From: Candidatus Latescibacterota bacterium
Lineage (GTDB): Bacteria > Krumholzibacteriota > Krumholzibacteriia > WVZY01 > JAKEHA01
Assembly (NCBI GenBank): GCA_963707635.1
Contig: OY970173.1
Location: 2,592,001-2,656,000 of the forward strand
Length of the DNA stretch: 64,000 nt
Direction: 5' to 3'
How positions within the stretch are numbered: the stretch's first letter is position 1; every line of letters begins with the position of its first letter. The notes below the pieces were generated by a model. That model was given only the letters and a program-made list of their open reading frames with translations, was not told where the DNA came from and did no database searches. Shown here in pieces: positions 32,243 through 42,171 of this stretch. The translations under genes were made by a program, and so were the position numbers.

Positions 32243-34582
32243 ATGGATCGCCAGTGGTTCACGCGCGGCAACCGATCGAGCGCGCTTCTTTTTGCACTCT
32301 CCAGCCTGTTCTTCGGATCGGCGGCGTGGGGCGACAACACCCCGTCCGTCGACCCGGCGGACACGTCCTTCCACGGCAATACCTCACTCGCGTTCGCAGT
32401 CCCGCGTCTCCCCCAGTCCATCCAGGTCGACGGGAAGCTGGACGAACCCCTGTGGGCGACGGCGACCCGGCTCACCAACTTCGTCGAGATCGAGCCCGGC
32501 GACAACTGCCGTCCGCCGGTCGAGACCGAGGCGCTGGTCGGCTACGACGACGAGAACCTCTACATCGGATTTCGCTGCTACGACGACAACACCGGCGCCA
32601 TTCGCGCGTCGATTACCGACCGCGACCGCATGTTCGGCGACGACTTCGCGGGGGTCATGATCGACACTTTCCGCGACCAGACCAACGGCTACGAGTTCTT
32701 CGTCAACCCGCGGGGAATCCAGGGGGACCTGTACCGGTCGCGCAACAACGAGGATTCGAGCTACGACACGGTGTGGCAGTCGGGCGGGCAGATCACCGAC
32801 TTGGGGTGGACGGCGGAGATCGCGATTCCGTTCCGGAGCATCCGGTTTCCGGACAGCCCGTCGCAGAACTGGGGCGTGCACGTGTTTCGCAACCGGCCGC
32901 GCGAGAGCCGCGCGCAGTACTCGTGGGCGCCGATTTCGCGCGATGAGAACTGCTTCTTCTGCCAGGCGGGTGAGATGTCGGGCATCGAGGGGATCGACCA
33001 GGGGCGAAACCTGGAGGTGCTTCCCTACGTGATCGGCAACCAGTCCGGGAGCATGAGCGGAGACGACGACGCGAGCTTCGACTGGAAAAACGAACACGCC
33101 TCCGGCGAGATGGGGATGGGCGTCAAGTACGGCCTCACCCCCAACCACACGCTCGATTTCACCTACAACCCCGACTTCAGTCAGATCGAATCGGACGCGA
33201 CGCAGATCGACGAGAACCAGACCTTCGCGCTCTTCTATCCGGAGAAACGGCCGTTCTTTCTGGAGGGCGCGGACCGCTTCAGTTCCATGATCGACGTGGT
33301 ATACACGCGATCGATCAACGATCCCCTTTCCGCCGCCAAGTACACCGGCAAGTCCGGGCGCAACACGATTTCGTTCATCACCGCCATGGACGAAACCTCG
33401 CCCTACATCGTCCCGTTCGAGGAGCAGAGCGGCGGCGCAGCCGGCCGCGACACCTACTCGAACGTGCTGCGCTACAAGCGGGACGTCCTGAAGGAGTCGT
33501 TCGTCGGATTGATCGCCACCGATCGCCGCCAGCGCGACGGCAACGGGTCCAACACCACCGCGGGCGTCGACACGCGTCTGCGCCTGGACGATCATTTCAC
33601 CGTGTGGGGGCAGGTCCAGGGCAGCCACACCCAGGAGCCGCACGACACCATCATGTCCGAGGGCTTCAACGACGTCGCCTTCGGCGACCAGGGTCAGTAC
33701 ACGGGGGCTTTCGACGGCGAGAGCTTCGCGGGCTACGCGGCCGAGATGGAGCTCGCCCGGAGCGGCCGGCACTACAACGCAGACCTGTGGTTCGAGGACT
33801 ACTCGCCGACGTTTCGCGCCGAGAACGGCTTCGTCACCGCCAATGACTACCGGATGGTCGGCTTCTGGAATGGCTACCAGTTTCAGCTCGAGAAAAACCC
33901 GGTCTTCGAACGCATCGAGCCGCAGCTCGACGCGGGGCGGAAGTACAACTACCAGGGCGAGTTCAAGGACACCTGGCTCCAGCCGAACATCTGGCTCCGG
34001 TTCAAGAAACAGACCTACTTCTGGACCGGTTACCTGTGGAGCGAAGAGAGGTTCGCGGGCGTGCTGGTGCCCGGGATTCACCGCTGGGTGACCGAGATGG
34101 ACAGCGAGTTCAGCAAGTACCTCTCGGTCGGATTCGACACCCGCATCGGTCATTCCGTGGTCCGCGACCGCGACGACCCGCGACTCGGCGACGAGTTCAG
34201 CTACGCGCTGTACGCGTACTTCAAGCCGATTTCTCAGGTGCGCTTCGACGTCGACTACAATTCATTCCGGCTCGACGAGCTCGACGGCAGCGCGAACATC
34301 TACGACACCTACGTGGTGCGCACGAAGCTCACCTACCAGTTCTCGAAGAGTCTGTTTCTGCGCGTGGTGGGCGAATACGTGGACGACCAGCGGTCGCTGG
34401 CGGTGGACCCGCTCTTGAGCTACAAGATCAACCCGTTCACGGTGTTTTTCCTGGGGTCGTCGCATTCCTTCAACGACTTTCAGGACGACCCGTCGACCGC
34501 GCCGGTCGAAGTAACCGACCCAGGCTACCGGCAGACCGAGCGGCTCTTCTTCGTGAAGTTCCAGTATCTGTTCAGGGTATAG
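32243..34582 (+). CDS. CBM9-like + DUF5916 outer-membrane protein
   Basis: IQVDGKLDEP.W, YDDENLYI, GWTAEIAIPF.SIRF, NPDFSQIESD, FYPEKRPFFLEG; ends FFVKFQYLFRV. Confidence 0.85.
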   Translation: MDRQWFTRGNRSSALLFALSSLFFGSAAWGDNTPSVDPADTSFHGNTSLAFAVPRLPQSIQVDGKLDEPLWATATRLTNFVEIEPGDNCRPPVETEALVGYDDENLYIGFRCYDDNTGAIRASITDRDRMFGDDFAGVMIDTFRDQTNGYEFFVNPRGIQGDLYRSRNNEDSSYDTVWQSGGQITDLGWTAEIAIPFRSIRFPDSPSQNWGVHVFRNRPRESRAQYSWAPISRDENCFFCQAGEMSGIEGIDQGRNLEVLPYVIGNQSGSMSGDDDASFDWKNEHASGEMGMGVKYGLTPNHTLDFTYNPDFSQIESDATQIDENQTFALFYPEKRPFFLEGADRFSSMIDVVYTRSINDPLSAAKYTGKSGRNTISFITAMDETSPYIVPFEEQSGGAAGRDTYSNVLRYKRDVLKESFVGLIATDRRQRDGNGSNTTAGVDTRLRLDDHFTVWGQVQGSHTQEPHDTIMSEGFNDVAFGDQGQYTGAFDGESFAGYAAEMELARSGRHYNADLWFEDYSPTFRAENGFVTANDYRMVGFWNGYQFQLEKNPVFERIEPQLDAGRKYNYQGEFKDTWLQPNIWLRFKKQTYFWTGYLWSEERFAGVLVPGIHRWVTEMDSEFSKYLSVGFDTRIGHSVVRDRDDPRLGDEFSYALYAYFKPISQVRFDVDYNSFRLDELDGSANIYDTYVVRTKLTYQFSKSLFLRVVGEYVDDQRSLAVDPLLSYKINPFTVFFLGSSHSFNDFQDDPSTAPVEVTDPGYRQTERLFFVKFQYLFRV

Positions 34583-34609
34583 TCAGGCACGATCACGGGT
34601 GCCACGGGA

Positions 34610-34696
34610 CGGTGTGTGCTCCCTCCGCCGCCGTCCTCCCGCGCACAATGGTTGAAATGCGCGACTGCGGATTGGCGTCAGAGGGAGCACACACCG
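34610..34696 (-). repeat. Structured intergenic repeat, family 1 copy A
   Basis: 16-bp terminal inverted repeat CGGTGTGTGCTCCCTC/GAGGGAGCACACACCG; core nearly identical to 52511-52600 in reverse orientation. Confidence 0.8.
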
Positions 34697-34707
34697 CCCA
34701 ACGAGAC

Positions 34708-34803
34708 TCCGGGCGATATGTCGGGCGGAGTGCGATTTCGCGAGGCGCGCTATAGACCTGGCGCGCGAAGCGCATGAGCGCGGAGCCCGATATATCGCCC
34801 GGA
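34708..34803 (+). repeat. Structured intergenic repeat, family 1 copy B
   Basis: 19-bp terminal stem with one G-T pair; core similar to the reverse complement of 48233-48329. Confidence 0.8.
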
Positions 34804-34823
34804 CTCCCCCATTGTGCAACGCG

Positions 34824-36272
34824 CTACCGCAGGCTGATCCAGACCGATTTCTTTTCCAGGTACATGTCGAGGGCGTCGGCGCCGAGTTCGCGGCCGAACC
34901 CGCTTTCGCGGTAGCCGCCGAAGGGCGAGGCGGGGTGATAGACGTTGTAGGTGTTCACCCACACCGTCCCGGCTCGAAGCGCCGCCGCGACGCGGTGCGC
35001 GCGCGCGGCGTCCTGGGTCCACACCCCGGAGGCCAGACCGTAGCAGCTGTCGTTCGCCATCTTGACCGCGTCCGCTTCGGTGTCGAACGGAATCACACAC
35101 AGCACCGGGCCGAAGATCTCATCGCGCGCCACCGTCATCTGGTTGGTCACGCCGGTCAGGACGGTCGGCTCGAGGTAGTATCCGCGCCCGCCGACCGCGG
35201 CCGCGCGGCCGCCGGCGGCGAGTTTCGCGCCTTCGCGCACCCCGGCCTCGACGCAGGCCAGGATTCCATCGCGGTGCGACTTCGACACCTGGGGTCCCAG
35301 GCGGGTCTTGTCGTCGAGCGGGTCACCGGGAGTGTAACGCGCCATCTTGGTCTTCACGAGCTCCACGAACTCGTCGTGGACGGCGCGTTCCACGAACAAC
35401 CGCGAGCCCGCCGCGCAGACCTCACCCTTGTTGTAGAAGATGCCGCTGCACGCGCCCTGCGCCGCCGCGTCCAGTTTCGCGTCTGCGAAAACGATGTTCG
35501 GGGACTTGCCTCCCAGTTCCAGCGAGACGCGCTTGATCGTTCCGGCCGCGGAACGCATCACGGTGCGGCCGACCTCCGTCGACCCGGTGAAGGCGACCTT
35601 GTCCACGCCGCGCGCGTCGAGCAGCGCCTGGCCGGCGATCGAGCCGCGGCCGGGCACCACGTTCACCACGCCGGGCGGCACCCCGGCCTCAAGGCACAGC
35701 GCCCCGAGCTTGAGAGCCGTCAGCGGCGTGATCTCGGAAGGCTTGATGACCGCGACACACCCGGCCGCGAGCGCCGGGGCCAGCTTCCACACCGTGAGCA
35801 GCAGGGGGAAGTTCCAGGGCACGATCATGCCGACGACGCCGACCGGCTCGCGCAGCGTGTAGGTGAGGAAACCGGGGATGGTCGGGATGCTCTCGCCGGA
35901 AAGCTTGTCGGCCCAGCCCGCGTAGTAGCGCAGCAGGCTGACCACGAAAGGCCCCTCGATCTTTTCCGACTCGAAGATCGGCTTGCCTTGATTGAGCGTT
36001 TCCAGCCGCGCGACTTCCGCGGCGTCGCGCTCGAAGAGGTCGGCGAGCTTCCACAGGATCTTCGCGCGCGTGCCGCCGTCGAGCTTGCTCCACGCCCCGG
36101 AGTCGAAAGCGGCCCGCGCCGAGGCGACGGCGGCTTCGACGTCCTTCACGGTCGCGCAGGCGACGTCGCACAGCTTCTCTTCGGTCGCGGGGTTGACGAG
36201 CGTGGACACGGCGCGGTCGCTCGCGTCCACCCACTCGCCATTGATCAGCAGCTTGGTGTGCTTGATGTCCAT
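34824..36272 (-). CDS. NAD(P)-dependent aldehyde dehydrogenase (candidate 3,4-dehydroadipyl-CoA semialdehyde dehydrogenase by context)
   Basis: PWNFP, FTGSTEVG, LELGGKSP, catalytic GEVCAAGSR, EIFGPV. Confidence 0.9.
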   Translation of the reverse strand: MDIKHTKLLINGEWVDASDRAVSTLVNPATEEKLCDVACATVKDVEAAVASARAAFDSGAWSKLDGGTRAKILWKLADLFERDAAEVARLETLNQGKPIFESEKIEGPFVVSLLRYYAGWADKLSGESIPTIPGFLTYTLREPVGVVGMIVPWNFPLLLTVWKLAPALAAGCVAVIKPSEITPLTALKLGALCLEAGVPPGVVNVVPGRGSIAGQALLDARGVDKVAFTGSTEVGRTVMRSAAGTIKRVSLELGGKSPNIVFADAKLDAAAQGACSGIFYNKGEVCAAGSRLFVERAVHDEFVELVKTKMARYTPGDPLDDKTRLGPQVSKSHRDGILACVEAGVREGAKLAAGGRAAAVGGRGYYLEPTVLTGVTNQMTVARDEIFGPVLCVIPFDTEADAVKMANDSCYGLASGVWTQDAARAHRVAAALRAGTVWVNTYNVYHPASPFGGYRESGFGRELGADALDMYLEKKSVWISLR

Positions 36273-36304
36273 TGGATTCCTTCTGTAGCGTTCTCGCGGT
36301 CAAC

Positions 36305-36408
36305 CACGCGGGTCCTGTCGCCGACAGCCCGGTGCGGCTCGCTTCGTCCGCGCCTTCGCACTAGACTCGCTCGCCGCCCGGGCGCCCGTCGGCGCCACCC
36401 GCTCGTGC
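36305..36408 (-). repeat. Structured motif, family 2 copy 1 (between boxB and the ALDH gene)
   Basis: Minus strand GCGGGT-GG-CGCCGAC...GTCGGCG-ACAGG-ACCCGC; shared with 39517-39595. Confidence 0.7.
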
Positions 36409-36419
36409 TCGATGAAGCA

Positions 36420-37838
36420 CTACAACCGCACGTACTCGAAGTCGAGCGGGCGGCCGTGAATACCGTGCTGCGGGGGAGCGATCCAGTTCGCGAACTTGCC
36501 GCGCTCGGTGACCAGGAACTGCACGCTCTTCACATAGTCGCGGTCCGCGCGCGTGGGCAGGAACTCGTCGCGGCGCGATTCGAACTCGTCTTTGGAGATC
36601 ATGTTCCCGTGCGGGTCGAAGTGCGCCCTGCTGTAGGTCCCGACCAGGCGATGGAAGCGGACAGACGGGAGCAGGATGCGCAGCCGGCTGTCCTCCTGCT
36701 CCAGGATCTTGTTCCAGCGCGCGACCGCCCGCTCGCAATCCTCGATGTAGGCATCGCGGAGCACCGCGTTCATGGCGCGACGCATCGGTATTTCCACTTC
36801 GTGCAGCCGCCGTTGCTCCTCGTCGACACCCAGGTAGCCGTAGTTACCCTCGCGCCCGACTGGATCCGGATAGAGCTTTCGGTTCGCCTCGTTGAAGCGC
36901 CCCTTGAGGCCGTGCGCGAAGTAATTCGCCGCGTTGCTCGAATCCTCGTTGCCGAACAGATCGAGCGACACCGAAAACCAGTAGTTGATGTACTTCTGGA
37001 TGATGTCGAGCGGAATGCCGCCGTAGGGCCGCACGTCTTCGCTCTCGTTCTCCCGCATCAGCTGGGCGGTGCGCCGGATGGTCCGCGCCAGGCCGGTTTC
37101 GCCCACGAAGAGGTGGTGCGCCTCCTCGGTGAGCATGAAGCGGGTGGTTCGCGAGAGCGGCGTGAAGGCGCTCTCGGCGAGCGAACCGAGCTGGTATTTT
37201 CCGTCGCGGTCGGTGTAGGTCGCGAAGCAGAAGAAGTCGAGCCAGTCGTCGATTGGGTCGTTGAAGGTGGACAGGAGCCGCGGCGAATCCGCGTCCCCCG
37301 ACCGGCGTTCGAGCATCTCCTCGGCCTCGTCGCGACCGTCCTTGCCGAAATACGAATGGAGGAGGTAGACCATCGCCCACAGATGGCGGGCCTCTTCGAC
37401 GTTCACCTGGAAGAGGTTGCGCATGTCGTATTGCGACGGGGCCGACAGCGCCAGCCGGCGCTGCTGCTCCACCGAACCGGGTTCGGTGTCGCCCTGCGTG
37501 ACGATCAGCCGGCGCAGTTCATTTCTATGCTCGCCGGGCACGTCCTCCCAGCATTCCGCTCCGATGTAGTCGCCGAAGTGGATCTGGCGTTCGCCCTTGA
37601 CCGGTGCCAGGAATATTCCCCAGCGGTACTCGGGCATACGCACGTAGTCGTACACCGCCCAGCCGGACGAATCGACGCTCACTGCGGTGCGCAGGTAGAT
37701 CTCGTTCTCCTGGTGGACGACCGGCCCCTGGTCCCGCCACCATTCCATGAACTGCGGGTGCCAGCGCTCGAGCGCGCGCAGCAGCTTCTGGTTCTCCTTG
37801 AGATTGACGTTGTTGGGTATGAGTTCTTTGTAGTCCAT
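36420..37838 (-). CDS. boxB: Benzoyl-CoA 2,3-epoxidase, oxygenase (di-iron) subunit
   Basis: IPNNVNL, YLRTAVSV, YRWGIFLAP, TQGDTEPGSVEQQ, VEEARHLWAM, DRDGKYQL, EEAHH. Confidence 0.92.
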   Translation of the reverse strand: MDYKELIPNNVNLKENQKLLRALERWHPQFMEWWRDQGPVVHQENEIYLRTAVSVDSSGWAVYDYVRMPEYRWGIFLAPVKGERQIHFGDYIGAECWEDVPGEHRNELRRLIVTQGDTEPGSVEQQRRLALSAPSQYDMRNLFQVNVEEARHLWAMVYLLHSYFGKDGRDEAEEMLERRSGDADSPRLLSTFNDPIDDWLDFFCFATYTDRDGKYQLGSLAESAFTPLSRTTRFMLTEEAHHLFVGETGLARTIRRTAQLMRENESEDVRPYGGIPLDIIQKYINYWFSVSLDLFGNEDSSNAANYFAHGLKGRFNEANRKLYPDPVGREGNYGYLGVDEEQRRLHEVEIPMRRAMNAVLRDAYIEDCERAVARWNKILEQEDSRLRILLPSVRFHRLVGTYSRAHFDPHGNMISKDEFESRRDEFLPTRADRDYVKSVQFLVTERGKFANWIAPPQHGIHGRPLDFEYVRL

Positions 37839-37839
37839 C

Positions 37840-39489
37840 CTAGATCCTGCTCCAGTCGAACTCCGGTGAGTGCGGCTTGCCGTACGATGTGAGCGCGCCG
37901 CGCTCCCCCACCGCGTTGGGCCGCGTGAATATCCAGTTCTGCCACGCGGAGAGCCGGGCGTAAATCCGGCTCTCCATCGACTCGGGACCCACGAAACGGA
38001 GGTTGGCTTCCATCCCGGTCAGCGCGTCCGGCGAGAGCGAGCGGCGCTCTTCGACCGCCATGCGGATCCCATCCTCCCAATCGATGTCGTCCAGTGCTTC
38101 GGTGACCAGACCCAGCTCCGCGGCCTCTGCGGGAGGGATCGGCTCGCCCCGCCGTTCGAGCGCGCGCGCCACCGATTGCGGCGAACCGTAAAACCGGTTC
38201 TCGAGCCGGGAGAGTCCGTGCGCCATCGGACAGCGCCCCGCGTTGTGCGAGCTGAGCGCGATCGCGTTGTCGCTCTCCGCTTCGTCGAGCATGAACGATC
38301 GGTCGCACGCCAGCGCGATTTCGAAGAGGCTCCCGGCGAAACACGAACCGGGCACGATTATAGCGAAGAAGGTGCGGGCCGTCACGTCGATCATCTTGAG
38401 GGTTCGCGCCTGCTGCAGCAACACCTCGCGCACGAACCAGTGGTCCGCGCGCCCGGAGAGCGCTTCGTCCAGGGCGAGCACGTGCTCCCGCTTCCCGACC
38501 GTCTCGAAGGTGACCAGCCCGATCTGCGGATGGTTGAAGCGCAGCTCCAGTATCGCGTGGCGGAGCTCGCGCCACATGCGCAGCGCATACCACGACGCGC
38601 CGAGCCCCGCGGGGTCCGCCGGAATGCTCGCGTCGGCCGCCTCCGGGCCGCGGACGGTGATTTTCGCCGAGCGCTCCGCCGGCCGGATCTCGACGGTCAC
38701 GAACCGGTAGCGGAGCGAATCACCGTCGGTCTCGGGTTCGACGGACTCGAGCGCCACGCCTTTGGCGTCGTTACCCTTGCCCGCCAGCTCGACCAGCCGC
38801 GAACGCATCGCCTCCGCGTAGACCGACTTCGGGTGCACGAAGTCCACCAGCCCCCATTCCAGCGCCTTCTTCGCCTTCGCGCCCTCGGCGATGGTGCAGA
38901 ACGCGTCGGCCCGGTCGCGCCGGACCCGGCGCTTGTCGACCAGACGGGTAAGCCCGCCGGTTCCGGGCAGCACGCCCAGCAGCGGAACTTCGGGCAGGCT
39001 GACCGCGGAGCTGCGGTCGTCGACGAGATGGATCTCGTCGCACGCGAGCGCCAGCTCGTAACCGCCGCCCGCCGCGGCGCCGTTCAAGGAGGCCACGTAC
39101 TTCTGCCGGCTCTTCGCGGTCGCTTCCTCCATGTTGATGCGGGTCTCGTTGGTAAATTTGCAGAAATTCACTTTGTGGGTGTGCGTCGAGGTCCCGAGCA
39201 TGAAGATATTCGCGCCGGCGCAGAAGATCTTCTCGTTCATGCTTTCGATGCACACGACCGAGACTTCGGGGTGCTCGAAGCGCAGGCGTGTGACCGCGTC
39301 GTCGAGCTCGATGTCCACGGCGAGGTCGTACGAGTTCATCTTGAGCTTGTAGCCGGGGCGCAGCCCCTCGTCTTCCTGGACGTTCATCTTGAGCCACGCG
39401 ATGGGCCCCTCGACGACGAGTTTCCAGTGCTTGTAGGTGTCGGGATGCGCGGCGAAGCGAATCCGTTCCATGCGCGTGTTGGTTTCCAT
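37840..39489 (-). CDS. boxC: 2,3-epoxybenzoyl-CoA dihydrolase (crotonase fold)
   Basis: YKHWKL, NSYDLAVDIEL.DA..RLRFEHPEV, HKVNFCKFTNETR, AGGGYELALACD, RLSAWQNWIF.RPNAVGE.GAL. Confidence 0.92.
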   Translation of the reverse strand: METNTRMERIRFAAHPDTYKHWKLVVEGPIAWLKMNVQEDEGLRPGYKLKMNSYDLAVDIELDDAVTRLRFEHPEVSVVCIESMNEKIFCAGANIFMLGTSTHTHKVNFCKFTNETRINMEEATAKSRQKYVASLNGAAAGGGYELALACDEIHLVDDRSSAVSLPEVPLLGVLPGTGGLTRLVDKRRVRRDRADAFCTIAEGAKAKKALEWGLVDFVHPKSVYAEAMRSRLVELAGKGNDAKGVALESVEPETDGDSLRYRFVTVEIRPAERSAKITVRGPEAADASIPADPAGLGASWYALRMWRELRHAILELRFNHPQIGLVTFETVGKREHVLALDEALSGRADHWFVREVLLQQARTLKMIDVTARTFFAIIVPGSCFAGSLFEIALACDRSFMLDEAESDNAIALSSHNAGRCPMAHGLSRLENRFYGSPQSVARALERRGEPIPPAEAAELGLVTEALDDIDWEDGIRMAVEERRSLSPDALTGMEANLRFVGPESMESRIYARLSAWQNWIFTRPNAVGERGALTSYGKPHSPEFDWSRI

Positions 39490-39516
39490 TTCTTGTTCTC
39501 CCGTTCAATCGTCGTC

Positions 39517-39595
39517 GCACCTGCGCGGGTCCTGTCGCTGACCCACCCCGCGGCATCCGCCGCGGGGGCCCCGTGTCAGCGCCACCCGCTGGTGC
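39517..39595 (-). repeat. Structured motif, family 2 copy 2 (upstream of boxC)
   Basis: Minus strand GCGGGT-GG-CGCTGAC...GTCAGCG-ACAGG-ACCCGC. Confidence 0.7.
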
Positions 39596-39617
39596 CTGAC
39601 CGACGCGCGGCTGACTG

Positions 39618-40649
39618 CTACTTCACCTTGATCACGATCTTGCCCAGCGCGCGGCGTGCTTCCATCGCGCGGTGCGCCTCGGCCGTGTCCTTCAACTCGT
39701 ACACCGCTCCCACCACGGCTTTCATCCTGCCCGCAAGTATCAGTTTCAGCACCGCCATGAGCTCGCTGCGCGAGCCCATGGTCGAGCCGATCACCTCGAG
39801 CTGGCGGTAGAAGATTTGACGGAGGTCCTCTTCGGGATTATACCCGGTGGTGGCGCCGCACGTCACCAGCCGCCCGCCGCGCGAGAGGCTTTGCAGGCTC
39901 TTGACCCACGTGTCCTTCCCCACGTAGTCGACCACCATGTCGACCCCGCGGCGATTCGTCTCCTGGCGGATCCGCTTCACGACATCCTCGCGCGAGTAGT
40001 CGATGAGCACGTCGGCGCCGAGGCCGCGGCACAGCGCCAGCTTCTCCGGGCTGCTCGCTGCCGCGAACACGCGCGCGCCGGCCACTTTCGCGATCTGGAT
40101 GCACGCGATCCCGACCCCGGCGGAGGCGCCGAGCACCAGGACGTCTTCGCCGGCGCGCAGCCTGCCGCGCGTGATCAGCATCCTCCACGCCGTGACGAAC
40201 ACGAGCGGGATCGACGCCGCGTCCTCGAACGACATCGACCCGGGAATCGGAATCGCGTTCGCGGCCGGGATCACGATCCGTTCGCAGCAGGTGCCGCTGC
40301 GCGTCTCGCCGATCAGTTGGTACGACACGCACAAGGTTCCGTCGCCGCGCTGGCAGAACTCGCACGCCCCGCACGAGATCGACGGGTTGATCAGCACGCG
40401 GTCGCCGACTTTGACCGCATCCACGCCGTCCCCGACCTCGTGCACCACCCCGGCCGCGTCGCAACCGGGGATATGCGGCAGCACGGTCTTGACCCCGGGC
40501 AGTCCGCGTCGCAAGAAAAGGTCGATGTGGTTGAGCGATGCCGCGTGGACGTCGATCTTCACCGTGCCGGGGAGCGTGTCCGGTTCGGGCCTCGTCCCCA
40601 GGGTGAGAACCTCGGGGCCGCCGTGCTTCTCGTAGTAGATCGCTTTCAC
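39618..40649 (-). CDS. Zinc-binding MDR dehydrogenase / quinone-oxidoreductase-like protein
   Basis: GTG start VKAIYYEKHGGPEVL; structural Zn motif CGACEFC..G...LC; LGASAGVG; GKIVIKV. Confidence 0.88.
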   Translation of the reverse strand: MKAIYYEKHGGPEVLTLGTRPEPDTLPGTVKIDVHAASLNHIDLFLRRGLPGVKTVLPHIPGCDAAGVVHEVGDGVDAVKVGDRVLINPSISCGACEFCQRGDGTLCVSYQLIGETRSGTCCERIVIPAANAIPIPGSMSFEDAASIPLVFVTAWRMLITRGRLRAGEDVLVLGASAGVGIACIQIAKVAGARVFAAASSPEKLALCRGLGADVLIDYSREDVVKRIRQETNRRGVDMVVDYVGKDTWVKSLQSLSRGGRLVTCGATTGYNPEEDLRQIFYRQLEVIGSTMGSRSELMAVLKLILAGRMKAVVGAVYELKDTAEAHRAMEARRALGKIVIKVK

Positions 40650-40666
40650 GCTTGGCGTCGTGCGCG

Positions 40667-41083
40667 TCAGGGTGCGTCGCGGAACGCTTCGAAGCGCCGG
40701 CGCCACGCCGGCGGGATGGGCACGGGCGCGAAGTTGTCGTCGATGGCGACCGTCTTGATGGTGGCACGCGCGCTGGTCGCCCCGTCGGGCAGGCGTACGG
40801 CGGTGTAGCGCAGGGTCAGCGAGGTGCGGCCGATCTCGGCCACTTCCAGCTCGACGCGAACGCGCTCGCCGTAGCGCAGCGGCTTGAGGAACTCGGTCTC
40901 GATCCGCACGCTGGGAAAGCCGATGCGGTCGCCGTTCACCAGCTCGGGGTACGAAACCCCGAGCGCCTGGGCGAACCACTCCTCGAATGCCTGGTGGAAA
41001 TAGTGAAAGAACCGCGGGTAGTACACGACGTGCGCGTGGTCGATTTCACCGAAGCGCACCGGGAGCTCGGTCGCGAACTTCAT
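40667..41083 (-). CDS. Acyl-CoA thioesterase (4HBT/YbgC-like hotdog fold)
   Basis: VRFGEIDHAHVVYYPRFFHYF, FLKPLRYG. Confidence 0.85.
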   Translation of the reverse strand: MKFATELPVRFGEIDHAHVVYYPRFFHYFHQAFEEWFAQALGVSYPELVNGDRIGFPSVRIETEFLKPLRYGERVRVELEVAEIGRTSLTLRYTAVRLPDGATSARATIKTVAIDDNFAPVPIPPAWRRRFEAFRDAP

Positions 41084-41415
41084 CGACCGAAGGCCCCGTC
41101 CGCCCGCGCGGCCAGAATGAAGTCGCTCTCGGTGAGGCCGTCGATCTTGTGGGTCCAGATCGTGAGCGTCACGCGGCCCCACCCGAGATGCACGTCCGGG
41201 TGGTGCCCTTCGGCCTCCGCGATCTCACCCACGCGGTTGGTGAAGTCCAGCGCCTGCCGGAAATCGTCAAAGGCGTACGACTTCTCCAGGTGGTGTTCGT
41301 CGACCACCTTCCAGTCGCCGCCGAGTTTGGCCGCCACGGCGCGCAGCGCCTCGCCCTTCAGCGGCGGGACATCCCCCCGGCACGGAACGCAATGCTTCTT
41401 CGCGAGCTCCGACAT
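41080..41415 (-). CDS. phhB: Pterin-4-alpha-carbinolamine dehydratase
   Basis: C.PC N-terminus, AEAEGHHPDV, THKIDGLTESDFILAA. Confidence 0.9.
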   Translation of the reverse strand: MSELAKKHCVPCRGDVPPLKGEALRAVAAKLGGDWKVVDEHHLEKSYAFDDFRQALDFTNRVGEIAEAEGHHPDVHLGWGRVTLTIWTHKIDGLTESDFILAARADGAFGR

Positions 41416-41434
41416 GGCATGACCGCAAGGCGGT

Positions 41435-42046
41435 CTACTTCGCCGCCTTCAGCCGGCGCGCGACTTCGTCCCAGTTGATCACGTTCCAGAAGGCGGTGAC
41501 GTAATCCGGCCGGCGATTCTGGTACTTGAGATAGTAGGCGTGCTCCCAGACGTCGAGACCCAGGATCGGCGTCAGCCCCTCGGAGAGCGGCGAGTCCTGA
41601 TTGGCGGTCGACGTCACCACGAGCGCGCCGTCCTTCTTCACCGAGAGCCAGGCCCAGCCGCTGCCGAAGCGCGTTTTCGCGGCGGTCTCGAACTGGGTCT
41701 TGAACGCGTCGAAGGCGCCGAACGCCTTCTCCATCGCACTGGCGAGGTCCCCCGCGGGCTTGCCGCCGCCACCTGGCTTCATGACGGTCCAGAACAGTTC
41801 GTGGTTCGCGTGACCCCCGCCGTGGTTTCGAATCACGGTGCGGATGTCTTCCGGGATCGAGGACAGCTCGCGGAGCAAGTCGCCCACCGATTTCGTGGCC
41901 AGCTCCGGGTGTTTCTCGAGCGCGGCGTTTGCGTTGTCGATATAGGTCTGATGGTGCTTGGTGTAATGGATCTCCATCGTGCGCGCGTCGATGTGCGGCT
42001 CCAACGCGTCGTATGCGTACGGGAGTGCGGGTAGCTTGAACGCCAT
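41435..42046 (-). CDS. sodA: Superoxide dismutase (Mn/Fe family, Mn-like)
   Basis: [35 protein letters not shown]. Confidence 0.95.
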   Translation of the reverse strand: MAFKLPALPYAYDALEPHIDARTMEIHYTKHHQTYIDNANAALEKHPELATKSVGDLLRELSSIPEDIRTVIRNHGGGHANHELFWTVMKPGGGGKPAGDLASAMEKAFGAFDAFKTQFETAAKTRFGSGWAWLSVKKDGALVVTSTANQDSPLSEGLTPILGLDVWEHAYYLKYQNRRPDYVTAFWNVINWDEVARRLKAAK

Positions 42047-42171
42047 GACGACTCCTTCGTTCGTTCGTGTGATCGGTGCTTCCGAAGCCGGCCGGGAGCC
42101 GGCGGGTGCCAGCAGGTCGCGCTCGCGTCGCCGGGCATGTTCCCAACGGCGGTTCGCACGGGGTCGGTGGA

